NCBI GenBank assembly: GCA_963843575.1
Contig: CAWJKZ010000010.1
Coordinates: 384,001 to 448,000 of the forward strand
Reading direction: 5' to 3'
Origin: an uncultured Acidobacteriota bacterium
GTDB lineage: Bacteria; Acidobacteriota; UBA6911
Length of the DNA: 64,000 nucleotides
The position numbers and the translations under genes were made by a program. Below are positions 31,636-42,166 of this stretch, piece after piece. Within the stretch, counting starts at the first letter, position 1; the number at the start of each line of letters is the position of its first letter. The notes below the pieces were generated by a model that saw only the letters and a list, made by a program, of their open reading frames with translations, searched no databases and had not been told where the DNA came from.

Positions 31636-32325
31636 TTAGGGAAGCTCCATCCGATAGCCGATCCAGGGCTCGGTTATGATGTACGTCGGTCTCGCAGGGT
31701 CCGGTTCGATTTTCTTACGCAAGTGGTTTATGAAAGTGCGTAGATACTCCAGTTCGCTGCCGTAATCCGGGCCCCAGACGGCCTGCAGCAGTCTCGCATG
31801 AGTGAGCGGCGCATTCGCATGCGTGACGAGGTAGTGCAACAGATCGAATTCCTTCGGTGTGAGGTGAACTCTATCCCCGTGAACCGTGACGCGGCGCTGC
31901 ACAAGATCAATGGCTACGGCTCCGAATTCCAGAGCACTCGGCCCCCCTTCGGGAGCCAGCGGCACCCGGCGGAGCGCGGCGCGCATCCTGGCCAGAAGCT
32001 CAGGCGTGCTGTACGGCTTGGTGACGAAGTCGTCGGCTCCGGCGTCAAGGGCTGCAATCTTGTCCTTCTCGCTATCGCGTACCGTGAGCATGATGATCGC
32101 AGCCTCCGAAACCGAACGGATCCGTCTACAGGCCTCGATCCCTCCCACGCCCGGCAAGTTAATGTCGAGCAGGACGAGGTCGTACGGCTGCTTCCCGAGT
32201 ATGTCGAACGCCTCCTCGGCCGTGCGCGCCGCTCCAACCTCGTGCCCCTGCGCAATCAAGGTGACCTTCATCACCCGGCGTATCTGTGGATCGTCATCCA
32301 CAACCAGAACTCGTGCTGCACTCAT
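31636..32325 (-). CDS. kdpE: Response regulator KdpE (OmpR family)
   Basis: VVDDD, LLDINLP, LDAGADD, LTPKEFDLL and TEPWIGYR; kdp context. Confidence 0.9.
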   Translation of the reverse strand: MSAARVLVVDDDPQIRRVMKVTLIAQGHEVGAARTAEEAFDILGKQPYDLVLLDINLPGVGGIEACRRIRSVSEAAIIMLTVRDSEKDKIAALDAGADDFVTKPYSTPELLARMRAALRRVPLAPEGGPSALEFGAVAIDLVQRRVTVHGDRVHLTPKEFDLLHYLVTHANAPLTHARLLQAVWGPDYGSELEYLRTFINHLRKKIEPDPARPTYIITEPWIGYRMELP

Positions 32326-33812
32326 GGCGCTGTCCTCGTCCTCGCATGCGGCAGACGGATCACGAATTCCGCCCCCTGCCCGGGCACCGAATCGACCCAG
32401 ATATCTCCTGCGTGCGCCACCACGATTTCCCGTGCGATGGCGAGACCCATGCCGGTTCCCGGGACGTGGCCGCGAGCGTTGGCGCCGCGGTAGAACTTTT
32501 CAAAGATTCGCGACATCTCGGACTCGGAGATCCCCTCTCCCTCATTCCGGATGGCGATCACTATTGAATTGCCATCTGGAACCGCACTGATCCGGACAGG
32601 CGATGCCGGAGGCGAATACTTCACCGCGTTGTCGATCAGGTGGCGCACGACGAGTTGCATCAGTTCGAGGTCGACGGCTACGGCGGGCAGATCGTCGGCG
32701 ATTGAGAGTTCGACGGCTCTCCCGTCGAGGGTGGCCCGCATCTGGTAGAGTGAGTCCTCGACGAGGGCCCGAGCGGTGCACGGCTCTCTTTTCAGCTGCA
32801 GATTCCCGGCATCGATCCGCGATAGATGAATGGCTTCGTTCACGAGCACGTTCAGTTGCTCCACAGATTCATCGATGATGCTCAGCGCCTGCTGCCGGTC
32901 GTTCAGTTCCACCACGGTTGAGGAAAGGATAGCGGTGATGGCCGCCTTGATCGACGTGATCGGAGTCTTCAGTTCATGGGCCAGCGCATCCATCAATGTC
33001 GATTTCAGCTCTTCGCTTTGCCGCGCCACGTCGGCGCGAATTGCCGCTTCCTGGGCATGGGCCTTGGCGAGGCCGAGCGATACCAGGCTCAGGAGTGCAT
33101 CCAAGGCCGCCTCGGAAATCAGGCGGTCTGTCAACGCCAGGCTCCCAATCGGATCCCCCCCGAAGGTGACGGGCACTACCAGGACTTGGTCCTCCGCGGC
33201 GCGGATGCTGCCCCCCTGAACGGCAACTTCGCGAAGGCGGGGCTGGATCCCTGGCATGTCGTCAGCGCCGGCCAGCCACGTATGGTCAGCGCCCCTGTCA
33301 TACAGGGCAACATAAGGAATTTCGTAAATCCGAGCTACGTGCTGCGTGATCTGTTCTCCCACGGGTTGATGAGGATCGGAAACCAGGATCGCCCGGCTGA
33401 GCGCATAGAGCCTCTCAACCTCGAGACGGCCGCTCAAGGCTTCGCGTGTCCGCCGGCGGGCACGCTCGGACATTTGGCTGGCCGTGACGGAGGTGATGAG
33501 AAATGCGAGCAGGGCTATCCAGTTGAGCGGGTCTTCGATGTTGAGAGTACCGACCGGCGGAAGGAAGAGCAGGTTCAGAAGAAAGGTTGCGCCAAAAGAT
33601 CCGGCGAGCGCTTCCGGGAGCCCCCATCGCGCGGCCACGAAAAGAATGGTGACCAGGTAGAGGAACCCAACCGTCATCGGGTTAAGGACAAGCCACCGGC
33701 TGCAAACAAACGATTCGATTCCGACAATCGCCAGTGTTGCAGCGATACGAAATGCGATTAAGAGCATACGAGGCCGCACCGCGATCTCCAGCAATTGACT
33801 ATTATGCGCCAT
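32322..33812 (-). CDS. kdpD: KdpD membrane/GAF/histidine kinase module
   Basis: 4 TM (DUF4118-like), AHELKTP, LIDNAVKYS and GTGMGL. Confidence 0.88.
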   Translation of the reverse strand: MAHNSQLLEIAVRPRMLLIAFRIAATLAIVGIESFVCSRWLVLNPMTVGFLYLVTILFVAARWGLPEALAGSFGATFLLNLLFLPPVGTLNIEDPLNWIALLAFLITSVTASQMSERARRRTREALSGRLEVERLYALSRAILVSDPHQPVGEQITQHVARIYEIPYVALYDRGADHTWLAGADDMPGIQPRLREVAVQGGSIRAAEDQVLVVPVTFGGDPIGSLALTDRLISEAALDALLSLVSLGLAKAHAQEAAIRADVARQSEELKSTLMDALAHELKTPITSIKAAITAILSSTVVELNDRQQALSIIDESVEQLNVLVNEAIHLSRIDAGNLQLKREPCTARALVEDSLYQMRATLDGRAVELSIADDLPAVAVDLELMQLVVRHLIDNAVKYSPPASPVRISAVPDGNSIVIAIRNEGEGISESEMSRIFEKFYRGANARGHVPGTGMGLAIAREIVVAHAGDIWVDSVPGQGAEFVIRLPHARTRTAP

Positions 33813-33884
33813 CTTATCGGTGCATCACATGCAGCCTGAGTCTAAGGCCTCCCCCGCCAAGTCCCGCTGACATGCGCGCCCCTG

Positions 33885-35492
33885 TCAAAATTTGATGAGC
33901 AAGGCGACGGTGAACCTTCTCTCGTACTTGCGAAGATCGGGTGTAAAACCGGGCACGACTGAGCCCGGCGGACTGATGTTGCCACCCGGCGGCGTCACCC
34001 CTCCAGGTCCGGAAAAATAAGGTACGTTCGACGCGCGGTTATTGTACTCGAAACGGAAGGTCGAGAACTGCCTGGGCATATAATCGAAGGTGACCGAAGC
34101 GTCCCAGGCTTTGTACTTGTCCCCGGGACTCGCCGTGAAGTAAGGCGTTCCGGAGAACGCCGTCGCTCCATTGATCGGCGGTATCAGCACCAGGTAGCGT
34201 CCCGGGTTTGTGATCGCACCACCGCCGAACGTCAAACCGAACAGGTCGTTGTGGAACCAGAACCGGTTGTAGGCCATGAATCCGAGGAAGTACTGCGATG
34301 GCTTGCCGGGAGTACCGCCTGCGCAATTCACGCCACTGTCGCGGCCGTATTCACATCCCGCATCGAACGTAAACGTGAATGCTGCCTTGCTCAAAGGGTC
34401 CTGCGGACTGTCGAGGTATTTGACCTGAATGCTATTGTCGGTATGTATGCGCTTGCGGCCGGGTAATCCCAGCGTGTCTGTGCCCCAGTACTGGTTTCCG
34501 AGGATCGAAATCGAGCCGTTCGGGCGCCACAAGATCTGCATTCCGACACCAGGGGCCTTGTTGAACTTGCCGTAGGACTGCCATCCGTTGACGACCCAGG
34601 GCTCAATCTTCAGCTTTTCGTTGGGAAAAATCTGAATCCGCACGCCATTGAAAAACCACGGCGTGTTCGAGGAGACATACGACGGCTGATACGCCCAGTT
34701 GTCGAATTGGTAATAGCTGAACAGGCCCACGTACGACATGAAGATTCCCGCATCAATGTTGATGCCGTTCAACTTGTCAATGTGGTATCCCCCGTATGCT
34801 TCAGAGATGTAGCGATAGGCGTTGTCCAGGTTCCATTCGCCTCGCGCAGGGCTGGCGTCGTTACGCGGTGTCGTTTGCGAGTACATCCCGAACTGCGTCA
34901 TAAACCGTCCCCGAACATTGTTGTAGTGAAAATCGCCGCCTACGCCGAGTTGCGTGAGCTGGACTTCGTCCGACCTGAATACCTCGCTTGACCCACCGAT
35001 CGTGTGATCCTGTGGATCGTTGAAAGAGTGGTGGTAGGCCGTGTCGAATCTGATTTCGCCAGTGAAGACTTTTGTGTCGATAGGCGATTCCCTCGCACGC
35101 GGGTTGCCGGTCAGCCATGTGAAATCAGCGAAGGCGAACGGCTCCATTCTCCCAGGCTCAGAAGGCGTCCCCGCAAGATCAACTGGCGCGTTCAAAGCTG
35201 ATTTGGGTCTTGCCTCCTCTGGACACAAGTCGCGGGCGTCCGTATCGGAACCGGGCTGAACTGGATCAGCCGCAGGCTTAACTGCCCTGCGGGACTCAAG
35301 CTCGGCAACCCGGCGCTCCAATTTCTCAATTCGGTCGAGCAGCATTCGTTCGCGTTCGGCCGATTCGGAAGATACGGCGGCCGGCCCGGCTTGTGCAGGC
35401 CGGGTCTCGGCTGCCTGTTGTGCGAGCACCCGGGCTGATAGCAGCACGAGAATCACAGCCACACCTAGAACGTGTCTGCGGAAGGTAGGCAT
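33885..35492 (-). CDS. Outer-membrane beta-barrel/porin in the kdp operon
   Basis: Signal peptide, coiled coil, aromatic-rich beta-strands, C-terminal Phe (ALLIKF). Confidence 0.7.
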   Translation of the reverse strand: MPTFRRHVLGVAVILVLLSARVLAQQAAETRPAQAGPAAVSSESAERERMLLDRIEKLERRVAELESRRAVKPAADPVQPGSDTDARDLCPEEARPKSALNAPVDLAGTPSEPGRMEPFAFADFTWLTGNPRARESPIDTKVFTGEIRFDTAYHHSFNDPQDHTIGGSSEVFRSDEVQLTQLGVGGDFHYNNVRGRFMTQFGMYSQTTPRNDASPARGEWNLDNAYRYISEAYGGYHIDKLNGINIDAGIFMSYVGLFSYYQFDNWAYQPSYVSSNTPWFFNGVRIQIFPNEKLKIEPWVVNGWQSYGKFNKAPGVGMQILWRPNGSISILGNQYWGTDTLGLPGRKRIHTDNSIQVKYLDSPQDPLSKAAFTFTFDAGCEYGRDSGVNCAGGTPGKPSQYFLGFMAYNRFWFHNDLFGLTFGGGAITNPGRYLVLIPPINGATAFSGTPYFTASPGDKYKAWDASVTFDYMPRQFSTFRFEYNNRASNVPYFSGPGGVTPPGGNISPPGSVVPGFTPDLRKYERRFTVALLIKF

Positions 35493-35600
35493 CCAACGAG
35501 CATTCCTTTCTCCAAAGCTGAGCCGGCGAGGCTAAGCCGGCTTGCCTTCGAGGTCGCCATCTGGCACCCGTTCAGCCCCACGGCGCACCGAGGGGCGCGG

Positions 35601-36176
35601 CTACGTGCGTGGGAATAACCGATCCAGAGCGAGGTTCAATTCGAGCACCGATACGCGCGGCTCGCCCAATATGCCGAGGTCGGGCCCGATGGTATGACTT
35701 CGGACGAGGTCGTGGATGCGATCAGGGATGGCGTGGCGAGCTTCGGCGATCCGCGCGACCTGGGCCTCGGCGGCCGCCGGGCTGATATGGGGATCCAGCC
35801 CGCTTGCGGAAGTTGTAACGATGTCGGCCGGAATCGTATCCCTGAACTGGGGATTCTCCTTCCTGAACTCAACTGCCGAAGCTGCAACACGGTCGACCAG
35901 CTTTCGGCTGGTCGGGCCGAGGTTGGAGCCTCCCGAAACAACCGTGTCGTAACCAGCGCCGGCCGCCGAGGGTCGCGGATGAAAGTATTCAGGACGCGTG
36001 AACCTCTGGCCGATCAACGCCGACCCGACAACCCTGTTGTCGACGACGATCATGCTGCCGTTGGCCTGTCGCGGGAAAAGCAGTCGGCACAGCCCCGTCA
36101 CGATCCCGGGATACAGCAATCCGGTGAGTACCGTCATGATTAGGGTGAAACGGATTCCAGTTGCTGAATGCTTCAT
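35601..36176 (-). CDS. kdpC: K+-transporting ATPase subunit C
   Basis: QANGS, YFHPRPSA, SGGSNLGP, TSASGLDPHIS and GEPRV. Confidence 0.95.
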   Translation of the reverse strand: MKHSATGIRFTLIMTVLTGLLYPGIVTGLCRLLFPRQANGSMIVVDNRVVGSALIGQRFTRPEYFHPRPSAAGAGYDTVVSGGSNLGPTSRKLVDRVAASAVEFRKENPQFRDTIPADIVTTSASGLDPHISPAAAEAQVARIAEARHAIPDRIHDLVRSHTIGPDLGILGEPRVSVLELNLALDRLFPRT

Positions 36177-36216
36177 GCAATTTCTCCAAAACCAGTTCCC
36201 GTCTGGCGACCGGGAC

Positions 36217-38352
36217 CTACTGTACCAGCCCCAACGCGACAACGATTTTGTCGACCAGCCAGATGCCGGGGAAAGGGACGACAACCCCGCCGAGACCATA
36301 GATGAGCAGGTTGCGGCGTAACAGGGCGGCCGCACCGGCAGCCCTGTATTTGACGCCGCGCAGAGCGAGGGGAATGAGCGCGATGATGATCAGCGCGTTG
36401 AAGATCACGGCTGCCAGCACTGCGCTCTGAGGCGAATGCAGCCCCATAATGTTCAGTTTGCCCAACTGCGGATACATCGCCGCAAACATCGCCGGGATGA
36501 TCGCAAAATACTTGGCAATATCGTTTGCGATGGAAAAGGTGGTCAGGGCGCCGCGGGTAATCAGCAACTGCTTCCCGATCGCAACGATCTCGATAAGCTT
36601 GGTCGGGTTGCTGTCCAGGTCGACCATGTTCCCGGCCTCCTTGGCGGCCATAGTGCCCGTATTCATCGCGACACCGACATCCGCCTGTGCCAGTGCCGGC
36701 GCGTCGTTGGTGCCGTCGCCCGTCATCGCGACCAGCCGGCCCTGCGCCTGCTCCTTTCGAATGTAATCTAGCTTGGCCTTGGGTGTTGCCTGAGCCAGGA
36801 ACGTGTCCACGCCCGCTTCGGATGCGATCGCAGCGGCTGTAAGGGGGTTATCCCCCGTGATCATGACCGTGCGGATCCCCATGGCCCGGAGTTGGGCAAG
36901 CCGCTCACTCATCCCGCCCTTCACCACATCTTTCAGGTGAACGAGCCCCAGAATTCTCGCCCCGTCTGCCACCGCAAGCGGCGTGCCGCCCGTGCGCGAA
37001 ATGCGGTTTGAAGCTGCGAGAAATCCCTCGGGCAGAGTGCCACCCTGGTCCCCGACGTAGCGCACGATCGCGTCCGTTGCCCCCTTGCGCAGGCGCCGGC
37101 CGTCCAGATCGACTCCGCTCATGCGCGTGAAAGCAGAGAATGGAATGAAATGGGCCTCCTGCTCCCCCAACTCTCGGCCGCGCAGTTGGTATTTCTGTTT
37201 GGCCAGCACGACGATCGACCGCCCCTCCGGTGTTTCGTCGGCGAGGCTCGAAAGCTGGGCCGCGTCCGCAAGTTCGCGTTCCGTGAAGCCCGGAACAGGG
37301 ATGAACGCGACCGCCTGCCGGTCGCCCATCGTTATTGTGCCGGTCTTGTCGAGGAGCAACGTGTTCACATCGCCCGATGCTTCGACGGCCTTGCCGCTCG
37401 TGGCAAGCACGTTGTGTTGCATGACGCGGTCCATCCCCGCGATGCCGATGGCGGAAAGGAGCCCTCCGATGGTGGTCGGGATGAGGCAGACCAGCAGCGA
37501 TACGAGTACCGCAACTGACGGCGCGGTGCCCCCGCCCACGGCCCGGATTGCATACGCGGCGTAGGGCGGGAGGGTCGCCACCGCAAGCACGAATATCAGG
37601 GTAAGCCCGGCAATCAGGATGTTCAGGGCTATCTCGTTCGGTGTCTTCTGCCGGACAGCACCTTCGACCAGCGCGATCATGCGATCCAGAAAGGTCTCGC
37701 CGGGATTCGAAGTGATGCGGATGGTGATGTGATCGGACAAGACCCTGGTCCCGCCCGTAACGGCACTCCGGTCGCCGCCGGATTCGCGGATAACGGGCGC
37801 GCTTTCGCCGGTAATGACAGACTCGTCCACGGTCGCGATTCCTTCGACAACCTCGCCATCGCCTGGGATGAGATCACCCGCGGCGCAGTTGACGAAGTCG
37901 CCAGCGCGCAAGGTGGACGCTGGTACGGACTCGGTTCGACCTCCGGGTAGAAGCTTCGCGGCGACCGCGTCGCTCTTGGCCTTGCGCAAGGCGTCTGCCT
38001 GCGCCTTCCCTCTCGCTTCCGCCATCGCCTCCGCAAAGTTCGCGAACATCACGGTAAACCAGAGCCACAGGGCGATCTGGACGCCGAATCCGAGACCTGC
38101 TGCCCCGACAACCGCGTCTTTTGCGACCAGCACCGTGGTGAGAGCGGCCCCGACTTCGACCACGAAGATGACCGGGTTTTTGGCGACCACAACCGGGTTG
38201 AGTTTCAGCAGCGCATCCCGGGACGCCCGTTTCAGTATCTCCGGATCGAGCAGCGGCCTCGCCCTCAACCCCTTCCCGGCAATGAGCGGTGTTCCCGGTT
38301 TGTCCGCCGGTTTCGGAGTGTATTGGGGTGGTAACGATGTGGTCGTTGACAT
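36217..38352 (-). CDS. kdpB: K+-transporting P-type ATPase subunit B
   Basis: [18 protein letters not shown] and [11 protein letters not shown]. Confidence 0.97.
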   Translation of the reverse strand: MSTTTSLPPQYTPKPADKPGTPLIAGKGLRARPLLDPEILKRASRDALLKLNPVVVAKNPVIFVVEVGAALTTVLVAKDAVVGAAGLGFGVQIALWLWFTVMFANFAEAMAEARGKAQADALRKAKSDAVAAKLLPGGRTESVPASTLRAGDFVNCAAGDLIPGDGEVVEGIATVDESVITGESAPVIRESGGDRSAVTGGTRVLSDHITIRITSNPGETFLDRMIALVEGAVRQKTPNEIALNILIAGLTLIFVLAVATLPPYAAYAIRAVGGGTAPSVAVLVSLLVCLIPTTIGGLLSAIGIAGMDRVMQHNVLATSGKAVEASGDVNTLLLDKTGTITMGDRQAVAFIPVPGFTERELADAAQLSSLADETPEGRSIVVLAKQKYQLRGRELGEQEAHFIPFSAFTRMSGVDLDGRRLRKGATDAIVRYVGDQGGTLPEGFLAASNRISRTGGTPLAVADGARILGLVHLKDVVKGGMSERLAQLRAMGIRTVMITGDNPLTAAAIASEAGVDTFLAQATPKAKLDYIRKEQAQGRLVAMTGDGTNDAPALAQADVGVAMNTGTMAAKEAGNMVDLDSNPTKLIEIVAIGKQLLITRGALTTFSIANDIAKYFAIIPAMFAAMYPQLGKLNIMGLHSPQSAVLAAVIFNALIIIALIPLALRGVKYRAAGAAALLRRNLLIYGLGGVVVPFPGIWLVDKIVVALGLVQ

Positions 38353-38354
38353 AT

Positions 38355-40148
38355 TCAGCCCTGGAAAAGAACCGCTCCGCGCATGAGCAGATGCTCCACC
38401 ACCGGACCCAGCGACAGCACCGGGAAGAACGTGAGGGCACCGACAATGACAACCGTTCCCACCAGCAAACCAACGAACAGAGATCCGTGGGTCGGCAGCG
38501 TCCCACTCGTGAAAGGGACGCGCCCCTTTGCGGCCAGGCTCCCCGCAATGGCGAGGATCGGTACGATAAACAGGAAACGCCCGATCAACATCGCGAGCCC
38601 GATCGTCAGGTTGTACCAGGGAGTATTCGCGTTCAGCCCGGCGAAGGCGCTCCCGTTATTCCCCGTTCCGCTGGAATAGGCATAGAGTATTTCGGTGAAC
38701 CCGTGCGGTCCGCCGTTGTTCAGATTCGCCGTTGCAGGCCCGGGAGGATTCCAATACCCGTCTTTGGCAAAAGGGATCACCGAACTCAGGCCGGAGAAAA
38801 CAAGGATCGTGGCGGCCGCGGCGAGCAACGCAATCATCGCCATCTTCACTTCTTTCTGTTCGATCTTTTTGCCGATGTATTCCGGGGTCCGGCCAACCAT
38901 GAGACCCGCGATGAAGACGGCGAGAATCGCATAGACCAGCATCCCGTACAGGCCCGAACCCACTCCACCGAAGATGACTTCACCGGTCTCGATATTGAAC
39001 AGCGCGACCAACCCTCCCAGGGGCGTCAGGCTGTCGTGCATAGTGATTACCGCCCCGCAACTGGCATCGGTCGTGATCGTGGCAAACAGGGCTGAAGCCG
39101 CATTCCCGAAACGGACCTCCTTGCCCTCCATGTTGCCGCCGGGCTGCGCGCCTGTGTAATAGCTTTCGACTCCCGTGCCGGCCAGCACGGGATTGCCGGC
39201 CTGTTCCGACCAGTAGCTGGCGAATGCCCCTGCCAGAAAAAGAGCAGACATGGCAGCCAAGATCGTCCAGCCCTGGCGCGTGTCGCCCACCATCCTGCCG
39301 AACGTGTAGGTCAGGCCGGCCGGGATGCACAGAATAAGCAGCATCTGGAAGAAGTTCGACAGCGGCGTCGGGTTTTCATAGGGGTGCGCCGAGTTCGCGT
39401 TGAAAAAGCCGCCGCCGTTGGTCCCCAGCATTTTGATCGCTTCTTGAGATGCGACGGGCCCCTGCGGCAGTACTTGAATGCCTCCCTCGACTGTCTGAAC
39501 GGTTTTGTAGCCACCGAAATTCTGGATGACACCCTGGGAGCAAAGGAAAAGTGCCGCTGCGAGGGATGCGGGCAAAAGGATGTAAACGGTGCAGCGGGTC
39601 AGATCCACCCAGAAGTTGCCTATGGCAGTCGCGGTCTGCCGGGCGAAACCACGGATCAACGCGATGGCAACGGCTATCCCGACTGCTGCAGAGGCAAAGT
39701 TTTGGACGGCCAGGCCCGCCATCTGTACGAAGTAGCTCATCGTGATTTCAGGCACATACGACTGCCAGTTCGTGTTGGTCATGAAACTCACTGCAGTATT
39801 GAAAGCCAGGTCGGGGGTGATGCTGATGGCATCTTTCGGAGCGCCCGCCGTGCCGAAATGTTGCGGATTGAATGGCAACAGCCCCTGGAGGCGCTGCATC
39901 GCGTACAGCAGCAGGAAACTGCTCAGGCTGAACGAGAGCAGGGACGCGGCATACTTCGACCACCCCTGCTCGCTATCCTCCTCGACACCTCCGAACCGGT
40001 AGATCAGTTTCTCGAGCGGACGCAGGAGCGGGTGCAGGAAGGTCCGTTCGCCTTCGAAGACCCGGAGCATGAACAGCCCGACGGGTTTGGCAATGGCCAG
40101 CAAGACAGCAACATAGATGAGGATCTGGACGACACCGGCAGCGCTCAT
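38355..40148 (-). CDS. kdpA: K+-transporting ATPase subunit A
   Basis: [22 protein letters not shown] and NNGSAF. Confidence 0.97.
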   Translation of the reverse strand: MSAAGVVQILIYVAVLLAIAKPVGLFMLRVFEGERTFLHPLLRPLEKLIYRFGGVEEDSEQGWSKYAASLLSFSLSSFLLLYAMQRLQGLLPFNPQHFGTAGAPKDAISITPDLAFNTAVSFMTNTNWQSYVPEITMSYFVQMAGLAVQNFASAAVGIAVAIALIRGFARQTATAIGNFWVDLTRCTVYILLPASLAAALFLCSQGVIQNFGGYKTVQTVEGGIQVLPQGPVASQEAIKMLGTNGGGFFNANSAHPYENPTPLSNFFQMLLILCIPAGLTYTFGRMVGDTRQGWTILAAMSALFLAGAFASYWSEQAGNPVLAGTGVESYYTGAQPGGNMEGKEVRFGNAASALFATITTDASCGAVITMHDSLTPLGGLVALFNIETGEVIFGGVGSGLYGMLVYAILAVFIAGLMVGRTPEYIGKKIEQKEVKMAMIALLAAAATILVFSGLSSVIPFAKDGYWNPPGPATANLNNGGPHGFTEILYAYSSGTGNNGSAFAGLNANTPWYNLTIGLAMLIGRFLFIVPILAIAGSLAAKGRVPFTSGTLPTHGSLFVGLLVGTVVIVGALTFFPVLSLGPVVEHLLMRGAVLFQG

Positions 40149-40157
40149 CTCAACACC

Positions 40158-40241
40158 TCAAAAACGCTCCGGCCGGAGCAGGGCGTAAATCAGATACCCG
40201 CAAAGGCAAACGGCGGCGACACCTGCGATAGCGTATTCCAC
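40158..40241 (-). CDS. kdpF: KdpF peptide (27 aa), absent from the ORF track
   Basis: GTG start; MEYAIAGVAAVCLCGYLIYALLRPERF with the YL.YALL.PE.F signature. Confidence 0.9.
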   Translation of the reverse strand: MEYAIAGVAAVCLCGYLIYALLRPERF

Positions 40242-40252
40242 GGAGGTTCTCC

Positions 40253-40336
40253 CTAAAGACGGTCACAGGCCCTGGTAAAGCCCCATATCAGGGCAAAAAA
40301 GAGCAAAGCGACGAGCAGATAGAAAAGGTCCGACAT
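40253..40336 (-). CDS. 27-aa single-TM peptide upstream of kdpF
   Basis: MSDLFYLLVALLFFALIWGFTRACDRL; RBS-like GAGG before ATG; tightly packed in the operon. Confidence 0.75.
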   Translation of the reverse strand: MSDLFYLLVALLFFALIWGFTRACDRL

Positions 40337-40345
40337 TGTTGTGCC

Positions 40346-40804
40346 TCACAAAGCCTCGATCAGCACGCGATGCCCGCGTTTTCGCAGGCCCCTGGCGAGC
40401 GGAACCATCTCCGACTCCGACAGCCGCCAGCGGCTACCTGGAGCGATCAGCACGACAGAGCCGGGTTTCAGCGGCAGCCCTGCAAGATCCAGGAGCGTCC
40501 GACATAAGAGGATGGATAATCGGGCCCGGCGTCCGTCGTGCTCCGTGATCGTCGCGAGCCTCTTTCGAATGAAGACGGGATCAATAACCGGGCGACTCAA
40601 GTCGAGCGGGTAAGGAATGATCTGGGGGACGAAAACGTTGACGACCGTGTCAGGGCTCCGGGTCAGATCAAGGGCCGTCACCCAGGCGCGGTGAGATGCC
40701 TGCAGGTCCAAAATAATCAGATTGACCTCGAGCTCGTTTGCGGGTGCCACATCGGACAGCGGTTGGAGGTTTTCGCGACCAACCGTCTCGGCTCCGGGTT
40801 TCAT
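40346..40804 (-). CDS. Hypothetical Usp-like protein, first gene of the kdp operon
   Basis: VPQIIPYPL...LLCR...LKPGSVVLI...LARGLRKRGHRV; ATG at 40804 after GGGGAGG. Confidence 0.6.
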   Translation of the reverse strand: MKPGAETVGRENLQPLSDVAPANELEVNLIILDLQASHRAWVTALDLTRSPDTVVNVFVPQIIPYPLDLSRPVIDPVFIRKRLATITEHDGRRARLSILLCRTLLDLAGLPLKPGSVVLIAPGSRWRLSESEMVPLARGLRKRGHRVLIEAL

Positions 40805-40849
40805 CTTCGCCTCCCCAATCACATCCCGAGCACAGATTACGCGCGGATC

Positions 40850-40889
40850 CATAAACAAGGCATAAACGGGGGCTAAGGATTTTGTGAAG
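40850..40889 (-). promoter_or_regulatory. Putative KdpE-binding direct repeats
   Basis: Minus strand TTTATG-N5-TTTATG (40866-40850), plus degenerate CTTCAC and CCTTAG upstream at about 11-bp period. Confidence 0.55.
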
Positions 40890-40994
40890 GTGAAGTGGGG
40901 CAATTTAGCAGGGATCACGGCCGGTCCTCGTAAGACCTACCGAAAATCAGCCTGAGTATGTCGGGGGGGGTTGCTTCTTCAGAGGCCTGGCGCT

Positions 40995-41135
40995 GGCTTG
41001 GCGAGCAGGGACTGGCTCTGCCGGAGGCCGTCGATCTCCTCGGGAGCAGCTTGAGGCCCAAGCCCTCGACGCTCGAGCAGCCGCACGATGCGGCGGCAGA
41101 CCGTGCCGGCAATGCGGGCAATGACTTCTATTTGG
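40995..41135 (-). mobile_element. IS91-family transposase fragment
   Basis: EVIARIAGTVCRRIVRLLERRGLGPQAAPEEIDGLRQSQSLLA resembles the central segment of IS91/IS801-type transposases (recognised from memory); no start, no catalytic motifs. Confidence 0.5.
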
Positions 41136-41338
41136 AGAGGCGCACTCGCCCGAGGCGGCGAGCGGCTGCTTCTCGGGCGGCACGCATATTGGCGCGGGTT
41201 AAGTTCCACGTACGCGAAGCGAGGACATAACCCCGTTTGCGTCGCATCCTTAAGCGGTCCGGCCCCCGGTCGAACAGCCGGAGCGTGACCGTTGCGGCAC
41301 CGTTCCATGGCCCTCGATCCAGCTTTCCGATGAATTCT

Positions 41339-42166
41339 TCAGTGGAAGGATTCGATCGCGAGCATTGGAGTGCCGTCCTTCGTCGATGTCCCTGCCAGCA
41401 GGGTTCTCTTGGGGGGGACCCGCGTCAGCGCGGGTTGCGGAAAGACCGCTATGCGTTTGTGCAGCAGGACCGTCGGGCCGATCACGATGACGGCAGGGGG
41501 CTGGACCTCCTCCCATCCTTCCAAGGCTTCGGCCAGCGTCGTCACCACCGCGCGCTGCGACTCCAGCGTTCCGCTCTCGATGACCGCGACCGGCACCGAG
41601 CCGTCGACACCGTCGTCGAGCAGGAGGCGCCGGATTTCCGGAAAGCCGTCGACGCCCATCAGGATTACCAGGTTTCCGGCACTGCGATAGAGAGCAACAT
41701 AGTCGGGCGTCGAAGCCCCGGCGCACCGGTGCCCCGTCACAACCGCGAAGCTGTCCGAAACACCGCGGAACGTCAGGGGGATGCCGGCCGCAGCCGGCAC
41801 CGCGAGCGCGCTCGTTACCCCCGGAACCACTTCAAAAGCAATGCCTCTCGCGGCGAGGAAAGCTGCTTCCTCGCCCCCGCGCCCGAAAACGAATGGATCT
41901 CCCCCCTTCAGACGCACGACGGTCTTGCCCATTGCGGCGTACCTCGCGAGCTGTTCGTTGATGTGGTCCTGGCAGAGGGCGTGCGCTCCCGGCTTCTTTC
42001 CCGCATAGATCCGTTCGGCTTCGGCCGGAGCCTCCTCGAGCAGCGCAGAACTCACCAGGCGGTCATAGACGATCACGTCGGCCGCGCGGATGCGCTCCAG
42101 GCCGCGCAGCGTGATGAGCCCTGGATCTCCGGGGCCGGCACCCACAATGTACACTTTGCCGTTCAT
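41339..42166 (-). CDS. cobA: Uroporphyrinogen-III C-methyltransferase
   Basis: VGAGPGDPGLIT, VYDRL, RLKGGDPFVFGRGGEE and VPGVTS. Confidence 0.95.
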   Translation of the reverse strand: MNGKVYIVGAGPGDPGLITLRGLERIRAADVIVYDRLVSSALLEEAPAEAERIYAGKKPGAHALCQDHINEQLARYAAMGKTVVRLKGGDPFVFGRGGEEAAFLAARGIAFEVVPGVTSALAVPAAAGIPLTFRGVSDSFAVVTGHRCAGASTPDYVALYRSAGNLVILMGVDGFPEIRRLLLDDGVDGSVPVAVIESGTLESQRAVVTTLAEALEGWEEVQPPAVIVIGPTVLLHKRIAVFPQPALTRVPPKRTLLAGTSTKDGTPMLAIESFH

